From: Octopus vulgaris
Lineage: Eukaryota
DNA: 64,000 bases
Assembly: GCA_951406725.2 (NCBI GenBank)
Contig: OX597818.1
Span: 53,506,001 to 53,570,000, forward strand
Reading direction: 5' to 3'
A program made the position numbers and the translations under genes. Below the pieces are notes generated by a model, which made no database searches, had not been told where the DNA came from, and saw nothing but the letters and a program-made list of their open reading frames with translations. Positions 41,500 to 55,739 of this stretch are shown piece after piece. Numbering within the stretch: the stretch's first letter is position 1; each line of letters starts with the position of its first letter.

Positions 41500-41705
41500 C
41501 CTCGTGAGTACCGCTGGCGATTTTTTTCCTCTGTCTTCCCTTCTCGGGGTCTTTCCTTCTCCTATGTTTCCGATGAAGAGCTCCGCTCGAAACGTTAAAC
41601 CCTCATTCTTCCCTTCTTTCCTGAGCGTCCAATAATACTTTATTTGTTCCACGTCCTCGCGTTGCTGTTTTTTTGTTTTTTGTGTTTTCTTGTTTGGATT
41701 AACTA
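41500..41705 (+). repeat. Family H2 short repeat with hammerhead-like motif, inverted relative to copies at 38731-38930 and 40075-40270
   Basis: GTTT-CCGATGA-A-GAGC-TCC-GCTC-GAAA-CG-TT-AAAC. The minus-strand copies have CTGACGA. Confidence 0.65.
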
Positions 41706-41900
41706 TATATATATATATGTATGTATGTATATATTTATATATCTGTAATATAATATGTGACAATTATTCGGTTGCCATAATAAAACTCTGAGTTTCGGAT
41801 GTCGGCAACCGAATAATTATCACATATTACATTTACAGATAAATTCCTCTATTTACATAATGTCGAGGTCTCATTCATTCTTTTGTTATCATACCATTAC

Positions 41901-41988
<88 letters not shown>

Positions 41989-41990
<2 letters not shown>

Positions 41991-42255
41991 GAAGCGCAAT
42001 GGCCCAGTGGTTAGGGCAGCAGACTCGCGGTCGTAGGATCGCGGTTTCGATACCCAGGCCGGGCGTTGTGAGTGTTTATTGAGCGAAAACACCTAAAAGC
42101 TCCACTGGTGGTGATCCCTGCTGTACTCTTTCACCACTCTTTCTCCCACTCTTTCTTCTGTTGGCCTGCTCGCTTAGCCAGCGGGGTGGCGTCATTCGAA
42201 CGCATTGTGACCAGCGATGTGTAACAACATCTGATGATCTGGTCGGTCACGTGAT

Positions 42256-42262
<7 letters not shown>
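41989..42262 (+). mobile_element. SINE family C (tail type 3)
   Basis: Same head; ends GGTCGGTCACGTGATCACGTGA then (TA)n. Confidence 0.85.
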
Positions 42263-42286
<24 letters not shown>

Positions 42287-43049
42287 CGACGGCTTCCACG
42301 GTTTTCTTCTGCCAGGTTCATTCACAACGTGTTAGTAGGCCCGAGACTATAGTGGGGAACACTTGTCCAAGGTGTCACGCAGTGGGATTGAACCAGAAGC
42401 TATTCAGTAGCAAAGGGCGCTTCTTAGTCGCACGGCTATCCTGCTCCTTTACATCAAAAGATGAGGTTAATGAAAGAATCGACGTCTTATGTCAGGAAAC
42501 ATTCATTGATTGAAATACAGAAGTCAATGAGGCATGTTTTCTTGCATTTAAGTAGTAATGTTAATAGTAGTAACCGTAGGGTTCTTTTTCATTCAGGTTT
42601 TAGGTGGCCAGTGATTGGATAATTTGAAATAAGGTGATTCAGCCATAATCGTGCTCTATTAACTTTATGTTAACAATGTCTGAGCTGTTCTAGTGAAGGT
42701 AAAGTAAATATGAAAAAAAAACTATAACACACACGTAGACGAACATGGACGGACACGTTCACACATATACGCACAGACACACACAGCCCAGTTTCATAAA
42801 CGTTGTATGTAGAACTACTCATATAATACATATGCAAATATTATCCTGTATATAAAATTACAGGCTCGGATTTGTTCCTATGTAAATGGGCAATCGGTTT
42901 TTGAAATATAAATAAATAAGTCAATGAAAAGGTTTCCAAGCATTTATTATCATTGATCTAAACACAGGTTTCTTTTTATTGAAAGGTCGAGCAAATCGAG
43001 GTGGGGCCTTTACTCCATAAATAATAGCCTACTTGTTGTAACACTGCCT

Positions 43050-43095
<46 letters not shown>

Positions 43096-43417
43096 CACCA
43101 CAATTACTACTACTACTACTACTACTACTACTACCACAACCACTACCAGAAACAGCTGATATCACCTGATAATGAAACGTTGTTAGTATGGACAATTGAC
43201 TGCGCAGATCTTTTCCAAAATGTTTATGCATACTAGTAGCAATAAGTAATAGTTGCGAATGGTGGTTGTGATTGTGGTGGTGATGGCGGTACTGTTCGAC
43301 GTCTTCATAATCGCGGTCATCGTGGGAAAGGGCTGACATTGGCTATAATCATTGATTTGGTGATGTAGTAGCTAACATTGCAATGTTTTCCAAATAAGCA
43401 AGAAACATTATGAATGC

Positions 43418-43479
<62 letters not shown>

Positions 43480-43527
43480 GGAAAAAAGTCAAGATAGAAA
43501 ATGCTAAAATAATTTTATAAAAAACAT

Positions 43528-43567
43528 TTCAGTACCGGTTTCAGTTATTGAGACTTTTTCAACTGTA
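43528..43567 (-). ncRNA. U3-A8 minimal hammerhead motif in a PLE-terminus-like repeat
   Basis: CAG-TTGAAAA-AGT-CTCAATA-ACT-GAAA-CCGG-TA-CTG. Confidence 0.6.
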
Positions 43568-43755
43568 ACAATTAAATAATTAAATTTAGAAAAAGTAAAA
43601 GAAAAGTTTTTTTTAACGAATATTTGCATAGTGTTCAAATACAAGTGGCATTTTCCTTGTTTCTGCCTGTCCCTGTCTCTCTTGTGGGTTCGAGGTCGTT
43701 GTGAATTCTTGGTAGGGAAGAAGAAAAGAAAAAGAAGAAGAAGGTGGAGGAGGAG

Positions 43756-43834
<79 letters not shown>

Positions 43835-44045
43835 TTAGATGTAACAAAACTACAATAGTGGCCACGAATGACCCGTCCTTTTTTTTTTTCGTGTCCCTCT
43901 ATTCCTGTTTGCCTTTGAATCATCTATCTGTCCGAATGTTTTATTGTCCTCTATTGCATTTTTGTTATATTTTTATATTTATATATACATATAGCAGTGT
44001 ACGTACACACTTGTGCTCACCTTATAATAAATATCTAAATATATA

Positions 44046-44285
44046 TCAGTGCGCTATTTCTTGTAGAATATAGGTCCGGAACCCAGACAGCTGAAGAAAT
44101 CCATCAAGAAAATAAGCATGGCAGCTGAAACTAGCTCAAGATATCTACGGTTACTAGAGACCACAAATGAACCCTTCCGTAGCTGAAGACTAAGAGTTCC
44201 TCGCTGCCCCACTCAGGCGACACGTACAGGTTAAGGAGCGAAACACTTGTGAAACCGTGGTACCAGCTGATGATTACAACAAGAT
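44046..44285 (+). mobile_element. HERO-like RLE non-LTR retrotransposon 3' end
   Basis: SVRYFL*NIGPEPRQLKKSIKKISMAAETSSRYLRL resembles the HERO C-terminus (...AAE.ASRWLW); UTR follows. Confidence 0.55.
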
Positions 44286-44588
44286 TTCCAGCATTCCAAT
44301 GGATTTAGAAGAGCTTTTAAAACCTTGCAGTATCCGCATGGGCCAAAGCATCTTCGATGTTTATTATTTCATCTATAAACAAGTAGAATAAGATGTGGAT
44401 TCAGAGAATCATGTGGCTATCACAGAAAGCTCTTCTTGCGGACTGAGGTGGCAGTCCACATAATAATTCCACACAGAGAGGAATAATGAAGAGTGTCCAT
44501 GCAACTGAAATCCAGAAGATCCGATCGTTGAAATTATCTTATGAGGTGTATGTAAACCATAAGAGTCAGGAGGTATGAGAGGTGAAAA

Positions 44589-45003
44589 GGCGGCGAGCTG
44601 CAGAAACGTTAGCACGCCGGGCGAAATGCTTACCGGTATTTTTCTGCTGTTACGTTCTGAGTTCAAATTCCGTCGAGGTCGACTTTGCCTTTCATCATTT
44701 CGCGATCGATAAATTAAGTACCAGTTACGCACTGTGGTCGATATAATCGACTTAATCCGTTTGTCTGTCCTTGTTTGTCCCCTCTATGTTTATCCCCTTG
44801 TGGGTAGTAAAGAAATAGGTATTTCGTCTGCTGTTACGTTCTGAGTTCAAATTCCGCCGAGGTCGACTTTGCCATTCATCCTTTCGCGGTCGATAAATTA
44901 AGTACCAGTTTCGCACTGGGGGCGATATAATCGACTTAATCCGTTTGTCTGTCCTTGTTTATCCTCTCTGTGTTTAGCCCCTTGTGGGTAGTAAAGAATT
45001 AGG
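44589..45003 (+). mobile_element. SINE family B dimer with TSD
   Basis: Flanks AGGTATGAGAG.TGAA at ~44571 and ~45000. Confidence 0.9.
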
Positions 45004-45542
45004 TATGAGAGATGAATATATATTTATTTAACCACGTAATATCCTTAGGATTACGGCCGTTTCGTAACGTTCAGGTAGTATTAATTTCGGTGAAGAAAGT
45101 CTGCTCACATGTTGGCTCTAATACGCATGCTCGGCATTATACAATACAATAGTATATTCCACAAATCAATGCAAATCGAGAAAAGTAGTTCACCAGACTA
45201 TCAGAATGTCATGGTTAGACCAACGATTCAACTCTAAGCTAGTTTTCTTTTGCTTTTTTTAAATTTTGCATTGGTTTGTGAATATGCAATGTATTGCATA
45301 ATGCTTAAGCATGCATAATATTGCAAAGATTTAAGCATTGTCTTCTTCACTGAAATGAAGACTATATGAAGAAGGTTGCGAAACAGCCGTAACCCTAAGG
45401 ATGTTTCATACATTCTAACTTTTATAGTTCACACACACACACACACACATATATATACACATACGCATATATATGCATATACACACCGATTTATACACAC
45501 ACACATATATATATATACTCATATATACATATATATATACAT

Positions 45543-45718
<176 letters not shown>

Positions 45719-45832
45719 ATTTACAAAATGAGGGCAGAAGAAAAATTCTAATGGCAAATATGCCGTAAAAGAGACAAAAATTGTCAAAACCATTATAATT
45801 TATGCGATAGAAATTTCTAAAAAATACGTTAT

Positions 45833-45886
45833 TACCGTATTGGTCCCAATTTCGGGGTCATAAGAGTTTTCCCTTCCTCAGCGATA
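45833..45886 (-). ncRNA. Type I hammerhead, second copy of the 29611 family
   Basis: TATCG-CTGAGGA-AGGG-(13 nt)-CCCC-GAAA-TTGG-GA-CCAA-TA-CGGTA. Confidence 0.7.
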
Positions 45887-45976
45887 AATACGTGAGTTAT
45901 AAGTACATATAAGTATTTTTTGACATGCTGGCCATTGATATAATTTTTTCCCGAAAAAAATTTTATCCTACATTAG

Positions 45977-46014
<38 letters not shown>

Positions 46015-46139
46015 GTCAGTCCTTTAAATTTTGTATGTAAAAAATATTTTGATCTTCGGATTTTTTTTAATATGCTAGGCCACTGGTTTTAATTGAGTAA
46101 TATCAATTTCTACCCTTATTCAATTTTTATATATATATA

Positions 46140-46300
46140 TGAAATGGGACAAGAAAGCAAAACATCCGGACAGCTAGGTGATACGAAAAGGGACAACAAA
46201 ACATCCAGATAGATGATACAAAGAAACAAGTACGTGTCATTCGAAGTTTTCTTTCTTCAGTCAAGCACCACACTAACCTCGCAATTTCGGCTGATTATTC
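46140..46300. repeat. Dispersed short repeat; inverted homologue at 58490-58655, diverged piece at 43860-43970
   Basis: GGGACAAGAA.GCAAAACATCCGGACA.CTAGGTGATAC. Confidence 0.8.
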
Positions 46301-46860
46301 TTCATACCTCTGTCTCATTTCTCCCTACACTCCTCAGTCGTTCAGTCGCAAATCGCATGACAAGATAGCTAAATTTCATCTGTCCACCTACCTGGACTCT
46401 CCCAGTTACAAAAAGGACAAATATTGGCCGAACCGGAACTCACAGAATAACGTGTGATCAGTATGTGAAAGTGAGTGTCATTAAGTAATCAGTGTGAAAG
46501 GAAAAAGAAGAAGAAAAAGGAAAATAGAAGGAAGTGAAAAAAAAAAAGAGTTAAAGTTTATAAATAAACAACAGAACCCCATTTGTGTTTTGAACGACTT
46601 ATTCACCTTTGACTCAAGGGGCTCCGAATTTTTCCGAAACTTTTAATTTGCAACTGAGCTGGTTTGTTTGTAAAAACTTCAGTTTTATTTAGAATCCCAT
46701 TGTGTGTACTTAGGCTCAACAATCAGGGTGTTTAATTAAATTTTTTCCCGTTAGAATGTCAGCCTAATCTTTCGTTTTATCGGATGATTTGTTAACTCTA
46801 TCAATAAATCACATCGCGTAAACTTTTCTACTCTGTGTGTTGGCATTTGTGTGTGGGGGA

Positions 46861-49800
46861 GGCGGCGGGCTGGCAGAAACGTTAGCACGCTGGGCGAAAT
46901 GCTTTGCGGTATTTAGTCTATCGTTACGTTCTGAGTTCAAATTCCGCCGAGGTCGACTTTGCCTTTCATTCTTTCGGGGTCGATAAATTAAGTACCAGTC
47001 ATGCACTGGGGTCGATGTAATCGACTTAATACCTATGTCTGTCCTTGTTTGTCCCCACTGTGTTTAGCCCCTTGTGGGTAATAAAGAAATAGGTATTTAG
47101 TCTGCCGTTACGTTCTGAGTTCAAATTCCGCCGAGGTCGACTTTGCCTTTCATCCTTTCGGGGTCGATTAAATAAATACCAGTTACACACTGGGGTCGAT
47201 ATAATCGACTTAATCCGTTTGTCTGTCCTTGTTTGTCCCTTCTGTGTGTAGCCCCTTGTGGGCAGTAAAGAAATGGGTATTTGCGTGGGGTTGTGGGGAG
47301 AGAGTGGGAGAAAGAGAGGGAGAGTGTAAGTATACACGCATAAAGAACCGCAGGCTTGGCTGTAATTCGTAACTATAGAGGTGTGGCTACACAAGCATGT
47401 GGTTCCATGTTTGATCCAGCTGTGGGGCAAATTGGATAAGTGTCTTGTATTATAGCATGGAGTTGACCAATAGTTTGGCAGTAAAATTTTATAGATAAAA
47501 ACGCGTGTTTGGGCTCGACGAAGAGAGCATCCTGTTTAACAGCTTTGCAGCAATCTCGTTGTCTAAAGACAGTGTTCAAGCAACTTACAGATACGACAAT
47601 GTCACGTAGTGGCACTCACTACGTGACAAAACGAGTGAGAGATATCAACAAAATCTTTCGTAAATTACACCTCTAGCCGAAAGGAACCAAAAGAATGACA
47701 CACCAGATATTGTAGTCCGGTATACTCTAAACCATCGGCGAGCTGGCAGAAACGTTAGCACGCCGGGTGAAATGCGTGGCCGTATTTCGTCTGCCGTTAC
47801 GTTCTGAGTTCGAATTCCGCCGAGGTCGACTTTGCCTTTCATCCTTTCGGGGTCGATAAATTAAGTACCAGTTACTCACTGGGGTCGATGTAATCGACTT
47901 AATCTGTTTGTCTGTCCTTGTTTGTCCCTTCTATGTTTAGCCCCTTGTGAGTAGTAAAGAAATAGGTATTTTGTCTGCCGCTACGTTCTGAGTTCAAATT
48001 CCGCCGAGGTCGACTTTGCCTTTCATCCTTTCGGGGTCGATAAATTATGTACCAGTTTCGCACTGGGGTTGATGTTATTAATCGACTTAATCCCTTTGTC
48101 TGCCCTTGTTTGTCCCTTCTATGTTTAGTCCCTTGTGAGTTGTAAAGAAATAGGTATTTCGTCTGCCGCTACGTTCTGAGTTCAAATTCCGCCGAGGTCG
48201 ACTTTGCCTTTCATCCTTTCGTGGTCGATAAATTAAGTACCAGTTTCGCACTGGGGTCGATGTAATTAATCGACTTAATCCCTTTGTCTGTCTTTGTTTG
48301 TCCCCTCTATGTTTAGCCCCTTGTGGGCAATAAAGAAATAAGAAACGTTAGGACTCGAGAATGTAATGTCAGTCTGTTGAAGCTGGGACGACTTGGTATT
48401 TATTAATCGAAAACAACAATAATAACAATAAGCGTACAGTCAAGTCATAAAGTAACCGTAGAAGAAAGAGGGAGCAGCAACAAAGAAATTCACACACGAA
48501 CATGCGTAGCAACACAAGCTCAAATATATACAATATACACCCACGCAGGGACATAAATTCTCATATAAATATTGCATTGATATATATACAAAACATAAAA
48601 ACTAACAGTACAAACATACACACAACAGGTTCACATGCCCAAAAAGTGTTGAAAAGAACTGTGTAGAAATCAAGAGAGGAGTGTAACAGGGAGTGGTAGT
48701 GTGCGATTTTGATATTGAAGGTGAGGAGAGACGAAATTGAAGGTGAAGAGAGGAAGGTAAAGAGAGGAAATTCTTTTCTACTCTAGGCACAGGACCCGAA
48801 ATCTTTGGAGAGGGGGGTCAGTCGATTAGATCGACTCCAGTACGCAACTGGTACATAATTTATCGACTCGAAAAGAATGAAAGGAAAAGTCGGCCTCGGC
48901 GGAATTTGGACTCAACGTAAAGACAGACGAAATACTGGTAAGCATTTTGCCCGGTGTGCTAACATTTCTTATTTCTTTATTGCCCACAAGATGCTAAACA
49001 TAGAGCGGACAAACAAGGACAGACAAAGGGATTAAGTTGATTACATCGATCCCAGTGCGTAACTGGTACTTAATTAATCGACCCGGAAAGGATGAAAGAC
49101 AAAGTCAACCTCGGCGGAGTTTGAACACAGAACGTAACGGCAGGCGAAATACATATTTTGTTACTGCCCACAAGGGGCTACATACAGAGGGGACAAGCAA
49201 GCACAGACAAACATATTAAGTCGATTATATCGACCCCAGTGCGTAACTGGTACTTATTTAATCGACCCTGAAAGGATGAAAGGCAAAGACGACCTCGGCG
49301 GAATTTGAACTCGGAATGCAGTGACAGGTGAAATACTTATTTCTTTACTACCCACAAGGGGCTAAACACAGAGGAAACAAACGTATTAAGTCGATTATAT
49401 CGACCCCAGTACGTAACTGGTACTTAATTTATCGACCCCGAAAGGATGAAAGGCAAAGTCGACCTCGGCAGAATTTGAACTCAGAACGCAGCGACAGGCG
49501 AAATACTGCCAAGCATTTCGCAGTAACGATTTTGCCAGTTCCCCGCCTTCGTTTGTCACCGAAATAATGAACCAGGCAAGTACTTCTGTCGAATACTTTG
49601 ATAAGCTCAACCAAATAATTCCTGACCTTGCACCTAAATTAGATATCGTAATAAAAATAAATCTCCACGTGTAGACACAGGCGTTAGGGCATCGGAGACA
49701 ATACTTTGTGATATATCATCCGAATCCTGCTTCCAGAGTTCAAATCCTTCCTGGATCGATAAATAAAGTATTATTATATAGCAAGAGGATTGGCGGAATT

Positions 49801-50380
49801 GTCAGAGTCGTCAGGGGTGACAACCTTCTGTATGTGTTCCGGATTTTTGTAATCTGAGTCCAAATTCTGTCTCAGAATCGAAACCTCGCTGTTATCTATG
49901 TTTTTCTCTCAAATACCAACGGACGAATTCAAGACGGACCACAACACAATATGTGTAGTCGAACAAGGCGGCGAGGTGGCAGAAACGTTAGCACGCCGGG
50001 CGAAATGCGTAGCCGTATTTCGTCTGTCGTTACGTTCTGAGTTCAAATTCCGCCGAGGTCGACTTTGCTTTTCATCCTTTCGGGATCGATGAATAAAGTA
50101 CCAGTTTCGCACTGGCGTCGATGTAATCGACGTAATCCCTTTGTCTGTCCTTGTTTGTCCCCTCTATGTTTAGCCCCTTGTGGGTAGTAAAGAAATAGGT
50201 ATTTCGTCTGCTGTTACGTTCTGAGTTCAAATTCCGCCAAGGTCTACTTTGCCTTTCATCCTTTCGGGGTCGATAAATAAAGTACCAGATTCGCACTGGG
50301 GTCGATGTAATCGACTTAATCCGTTTGTCTGTCCTTGTTTGTCCCCTCTGTGTTTAGCCCCTTGTGGGTAGTAAAGAAAT
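46861..50380. mobile_element. Cluster of multimeric SINE B elements: 46861-47280 (+), 47735-48350 (+), 48790-49547 (-), 49967-50380 (+)
   Basis: Repeated ~180-bp units, 2-4 per element. Confidence 0.9.
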
Positions 50381-50906
50381 ATGTTCGGCCGAACTATCAA
50401 ACATTACGAAACAGTTGTGACATGGGTACAGATTTACTGATCAATGATTGTGAGGTTAGAATTCCCGACTCTTTCTTCACACTGACCAAACCTATTAGGG
50501 AATGGCATCACGGTTTCAGTTTCAGGGTCTTTGATAACAGAGAAACGCTGCCAAGATGGTAATTCATAAGAAATTAATTTCTATAAAACGTCATGCACGC
50601 TTTAACATAGTCACGTGTATTTAAATGACACACATAAATCTAAAGTACCCTCACACACACAAACACACACACATGTGTGTGTGTGTGTGAGTGTGTGTGT
50701 GCGCGCGCGTGAGCGTGTGTGTGTGTGTGTGCGTGCGAGTAAGTGTGTGTGTCTATGTCAAGTTACTTACAAAAAACAAATTAACATTGGAATGAAGGAG
50801 TAATTTTTAGTAAAATACATATTTAATAACTTTGACAAGGAAAAACTTGACACTGATTTCGAAGTAGATCTATCTATCTATTTATCTATTTATCTATCTA
50901 TCTATG

Positions 50907-50942
<36 letters not shown>

Positions 50943-51119
50943 CATATCTCTCTCTATATATATATATATACATATATATGTGGCAAAGTAAATTATTTTA
51001 CTGAGCCCTTAATTATATAAAGTAATATTTTGAATACGCCTTGAATGGTCCTTTTACATACTGAACACTACTTGGTGAAATTAATTAATAACTAATTGAT
51101 TTTACCCTTAATTATTGAT

Positions 51120-51198
<79 letters not shown>

Positions 51199-51258
51199 CC
51201 ATGCATACATTGATATATAATATATATGTGTGTGTGTGTGTGCCTATACATGCATACA

Positions 51259-51301
<43 letters not shown>

Positions 51302-51952
51302 AAACATACGTTTCATCTCTGCTTTCCTTTCTCAATCTTTCTCCCTCTCTCTCTCTTTCTCTCACACATACACACACTCATACATACATACATACATACA
51401 TACATACACAGATGCACGCGCATGCGCACGTACACAAGTAACTACTTTAGTTATTTTGTGTAATTGCTTACGGTAAGATCTCCCACAAAAAAAAAAAACA
51501 TAAACGTTTTAAAAGCTGAAAGAAACATGAAGACATTTCTGGTTTGTCTTGAGAGTAATATCTGAATTGAATGGCTTATCTACTTGAAAGATTATTATCT
51601 AAAGCTGTTATCTGTCACTTAGCTTCATTGACAATAGGGCACTGGGTGGTGGCAGTGCATTAAAGGTGACATAAGTAGGTAGGAGGGCCAAATGGTTTTG
51701 CTGTAGTTCTTATGGGCGACTATTTCCGTCTTCATTTCAAATCTAGCTGAATCCGAATGGGTTTTCTTCCCCTTTTCTTTTTATTTTTTTCTTTATCTTT
51801 GCAGAGAATGGGAAAAATAAATCTTACTAAAATAACCTGTTTAATTTAATGGGCTATAACCAACATCCCATTTGTTGAAATTGGTTAGCCATTAGTTTGT
51901 GTTAGATAACGGCGTGCTGACAGGATCGTTAGCTCTTCGGAAAAAAAAGGGC

Positions 51953-52172
51953 TTTACTCTTTTACTCTTTTACTTGTTTCAATCATTTGACTGCGGCCAT
52001 GCTGGGGCACCGCCTTTAATCATCGAACAACTCGACCCCGGGACTTATTCTTTTGTAAGCCCAGTACTTATTCTATCGGTCTCTTTTGCCGAACCGCTAA
52101 GTAACGGGGACATAAACATACCAGCATCGGTTGTCAAGCAATGCTGGGGGGGGGGCAAACACAGACACACAA

Positions 52173-52215
<43 letters not shown>

Positions 52216-52375
52216 TACGACGGGCTTCTTTCAGTTTTCCGTCTACCAAATCCACTCACAAGGCTTTGGTCGGCCCGAGGCTATAGTAGAAGACACTTAC
52301 CCAAGGTGCCACGCAGTGGGACTGAACCCGGAACCATGTGGTTGGTAAAGCTACTTACCACACAGCCACTCCTGC
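51953..52375 (-). mobile_element. SINE family A
   Basis: Shares the TTTAAT..CGA.CAACTCGACCCCGGGACTT variant with 6968-7390. Confidence 0.92.
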
Positions 52376-52641
52376 GGCATTTCTTGCGGATCTTTACGTT
52401 CTTATTGAGTTCAAATTTCGCTGAAGCTAAATTTACCTTCCATGCTTTTGGGGTCGATAAGATAAAGCACCAGTCAAATATGGGAGTCAATGTAATCGAC
52501 ATTCTTTCTCCTCAAATTTGATGCCTTCTGCCATACTGAGAAAGAAATATATCTGAATAAGAAAAATGCCGGTGGTCACAGCTCGAATACTTTTGGTTAT
52601 AGATCTGCTCAAAGTGTAACAGCCACAGCAGCAACAATAGT

Positions 52642-53010
52642 GGAGGCGCAATGGTCCAATGGTTAGGGCAGCGGACTCGCGGTCGGAGGATCGCGGTTTC
52701 GATTCCCAGACCGTACGTTGTGTGTGTTTATTGAGTTAAAACACCTAAAGCTCCACGAGGCTCTGGCAGGGGGTGGTGGCGACCCCTGTTGTACTCTTTC
52801 GCTCCAACTTTCTCTCACTCTTTCTTCCTCATCTTCCTACGCAACCGCTGAGCCTGGATGCGCATTGATCCGTCGATGCTCTCGGTGTCGGGGGTTGACC
52901 TGCTTTCTCTTCTGCGGGTCTTACGAATAGCAAAGGACCACGTTTCGGACTTCTCCCACTACAGAGGCACGAGCTTGCGAGCTCTGGGACGAAGACAACT
53001 TCGCTCAACA
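52642..53010 (+). mobile_element. SINE family C (tail type 4) with TSD
   Basis: AACAGCCACAGCAGCAACAATAG flanks both sides (~52618-52640 and ~53019-53041). Confidence 0.88.
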
Positions 53011-53986
53011 GCAACAGCAACAGCCACAGCAGCAACAATAGCAGTAATCTGTGTTCTTGAGATTTTATTTGAAATTAATGTGATTTATTATAGTTGTTGA
53101 CGTTGCTGCTACTGGTCTTCACTGTAAACTGTCGTGTTCCCCAAATATCTTCGTGAATTTTGTTTTTACTAACAAAGACCTTCGGAACATTTGAATATCT
53201 ACTCTGAAGCTGGAGAAAAATTTTGTCTCTCAGCTCATTCCAAGCAGTTTTAGCTTTCACAGACATCCATTTTCGATTTGTTTCAGTTTTTGTTTTCCAA
53301 CTTAACAAACTCCGAGGTAGCGATAGCGGCCTTAAAGAAACCTTACGAAAAGAAACCCAAACCAATGAAGTGCTTGAAATTCACAGTACTTCAAAATGGC
53401 AGCCCTAGCCTAGTCGCTTTAACGCCGGCCCTAAAAGAGGACAAATGAAATGCTGTGTTGATTTTCGGAATGAACAAGTACCAGGCATTCTTTGCTAATA
53501 CACACCCAAACCACGCCAGTAGTCTATCAAAAGTGAAAGGGTTACGAGCCAAAGAATGCTCACGACAGCACAAACATTACTGAAAATGCTTAGGGGCAAC
53601 TTCAGAACACTCTGTTTCCAGAAGATGATCAGAGCGGAAAGTGGTCAGACGCCCGGGTTGCTCTGATCTTGAGTTGAAATATTTGCCCTACTTGCACTTC
53701 TTACATATAGCATACTTTTAACCTATCTCAATATTTTCTATTAGATTTCTTCTCTTCTTACATATATATATATATATATATATTAATAATGAAGTAGTAG
53801 TACCAGCATGCTAAAAATAACAGTCAAAACGACTTAAAACTATAGTTTTTAAATCGTTTGACTGTTATTTTCACCATGTTGGTACTTCTAGTAGTACCCT
53901 TCATTATTATCGAATAAGTTTTACCTTTATGGTTTTTACACATGCTAGCCACTGATATTATTGTAAATTAAAAACAATAATACTCT

Positions 53987-54072
<86 letters not shown>

Positions 54073-54078
54073 TATACA

Positions 54079-54150
<72 letters not shown>

Positions 54151-54286
54151 GGCGCAGGCGCGGCTGTGTGGTAAGGAGCTTGCTTACCAACCACATGGTT
54201 GGTAATATAGTCGATTACCTCGACTAAAGGTTGTGCTCCAGCATGACCGCATGACTGAAACAATTAAGAGTAAAAGAGAGTAAGAG

Positions 54287-54325
<39 letters not shown>

Positions 54326-54439
54326 GGAGTTGAACGAAGATGTTAACAAAATTCCTTTACTCTCGACATATGTTTCGAAGACAACATGGTTTTATTCCAA
54401 AGGAATAATCGGTGCTAGATGCAATCTTCTCATCATTCA

Positions 54440-54486
<47 letters not shown>

Positions 54487-54489
54487 TCT

Positions 54490-54557
<68 letters not shown>

Positions 54558-54571
54558 CACATATATATACA

Positions 54572-54635
<64 letters not shown>

Positions 54636-54704
54636 CATATATATAGGCGCAGGCGTGGCTGTGTGGTAAGGAGCTTGCTTACCAACCACATGGTTGGTAA
54701 TATA

Positions 54705-54763
<59 letters not shown>

Positions 54764-55660
54764 ATGTGTTGCGCAAGGACATAACGCTCCGCCAATAATC
54801 GAACTCACGATCTTATGATCGTTAGCTGAATACCCTAACCACTAAGACACGAACCCTTCGCAACATATATATACATACATACATACATACATACATACAT
54901 ACATACATGCAATCATACATACATACATACATACATACATACATGCATACATACATGCATGCATACATACATACACACATACATACATACATACATACAT
55001 ACATACATACATACATACATACATACATTTTCATTTCATCTAGTTTCAGCTCACGAACTGTGGCCTTGCTGGGGCACCGCCATTTGGTGTTGCTACATAA
55101 TTTTACTTCATACATACATACATACATACATACATACATACATACACACATACATACATACATACATACATATCTACATACATACATACATACATACATA
55201 CATACATACATACATACATACATACATACATGCATACATATGTACATACATGTATATGTATTTGTGATTTTTGTGAGTGTAGATTCTCCACGCTTTTTAA
55301 AATCCTTTTTTTTTGGGGGGGGCACGTTTTGTATTGTACATCAGGCCCCAGTGACTAAGAAAAGAAAGAATTGTTGTCATTACAAGTGAAACTTTAAGAA
55401 AAGTCCGAGGTACCTTTTAAAGAAAGAACAAAAACAATAACAACAACAACAACAACAACAGTAACCAGATCTACAGCAGACTCGAGAACTGTTATTCGAT
55501 AGCTTTCCAAATTAACTTTGTTGTTTACATATTTGACTTAACGTCGATCAGTGAGAACGAGTTGGGAGGCTTTTTGGAGAAAACAGCCTAGAAAGAAGAA
55601 AGACGATTTATCACCACTCGTAAAGGAAAAAAATAAAATAAAATAAAATAAAATAAAATA

Positions 55661-55730
<70 letters not shown>

Positions 55731-55739
55731 TTCCAAGGC

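Noticed and set aside
44225-44280. Permuted hammerhead (GAAAC...CTGATGA) in the HERO-like UTR
   Set aside because: I could not form convincing stems I-III.
47735-48350. CRISPR-like regular repeats
   Set aside because: Eukaryotic SINE multimers without unique spacers.
53075-53660. Possible host exon or transposase relic (96-aa minus ORF)
   Set aside because: No recognisable motif or clear splice signals; needs BLASTX.
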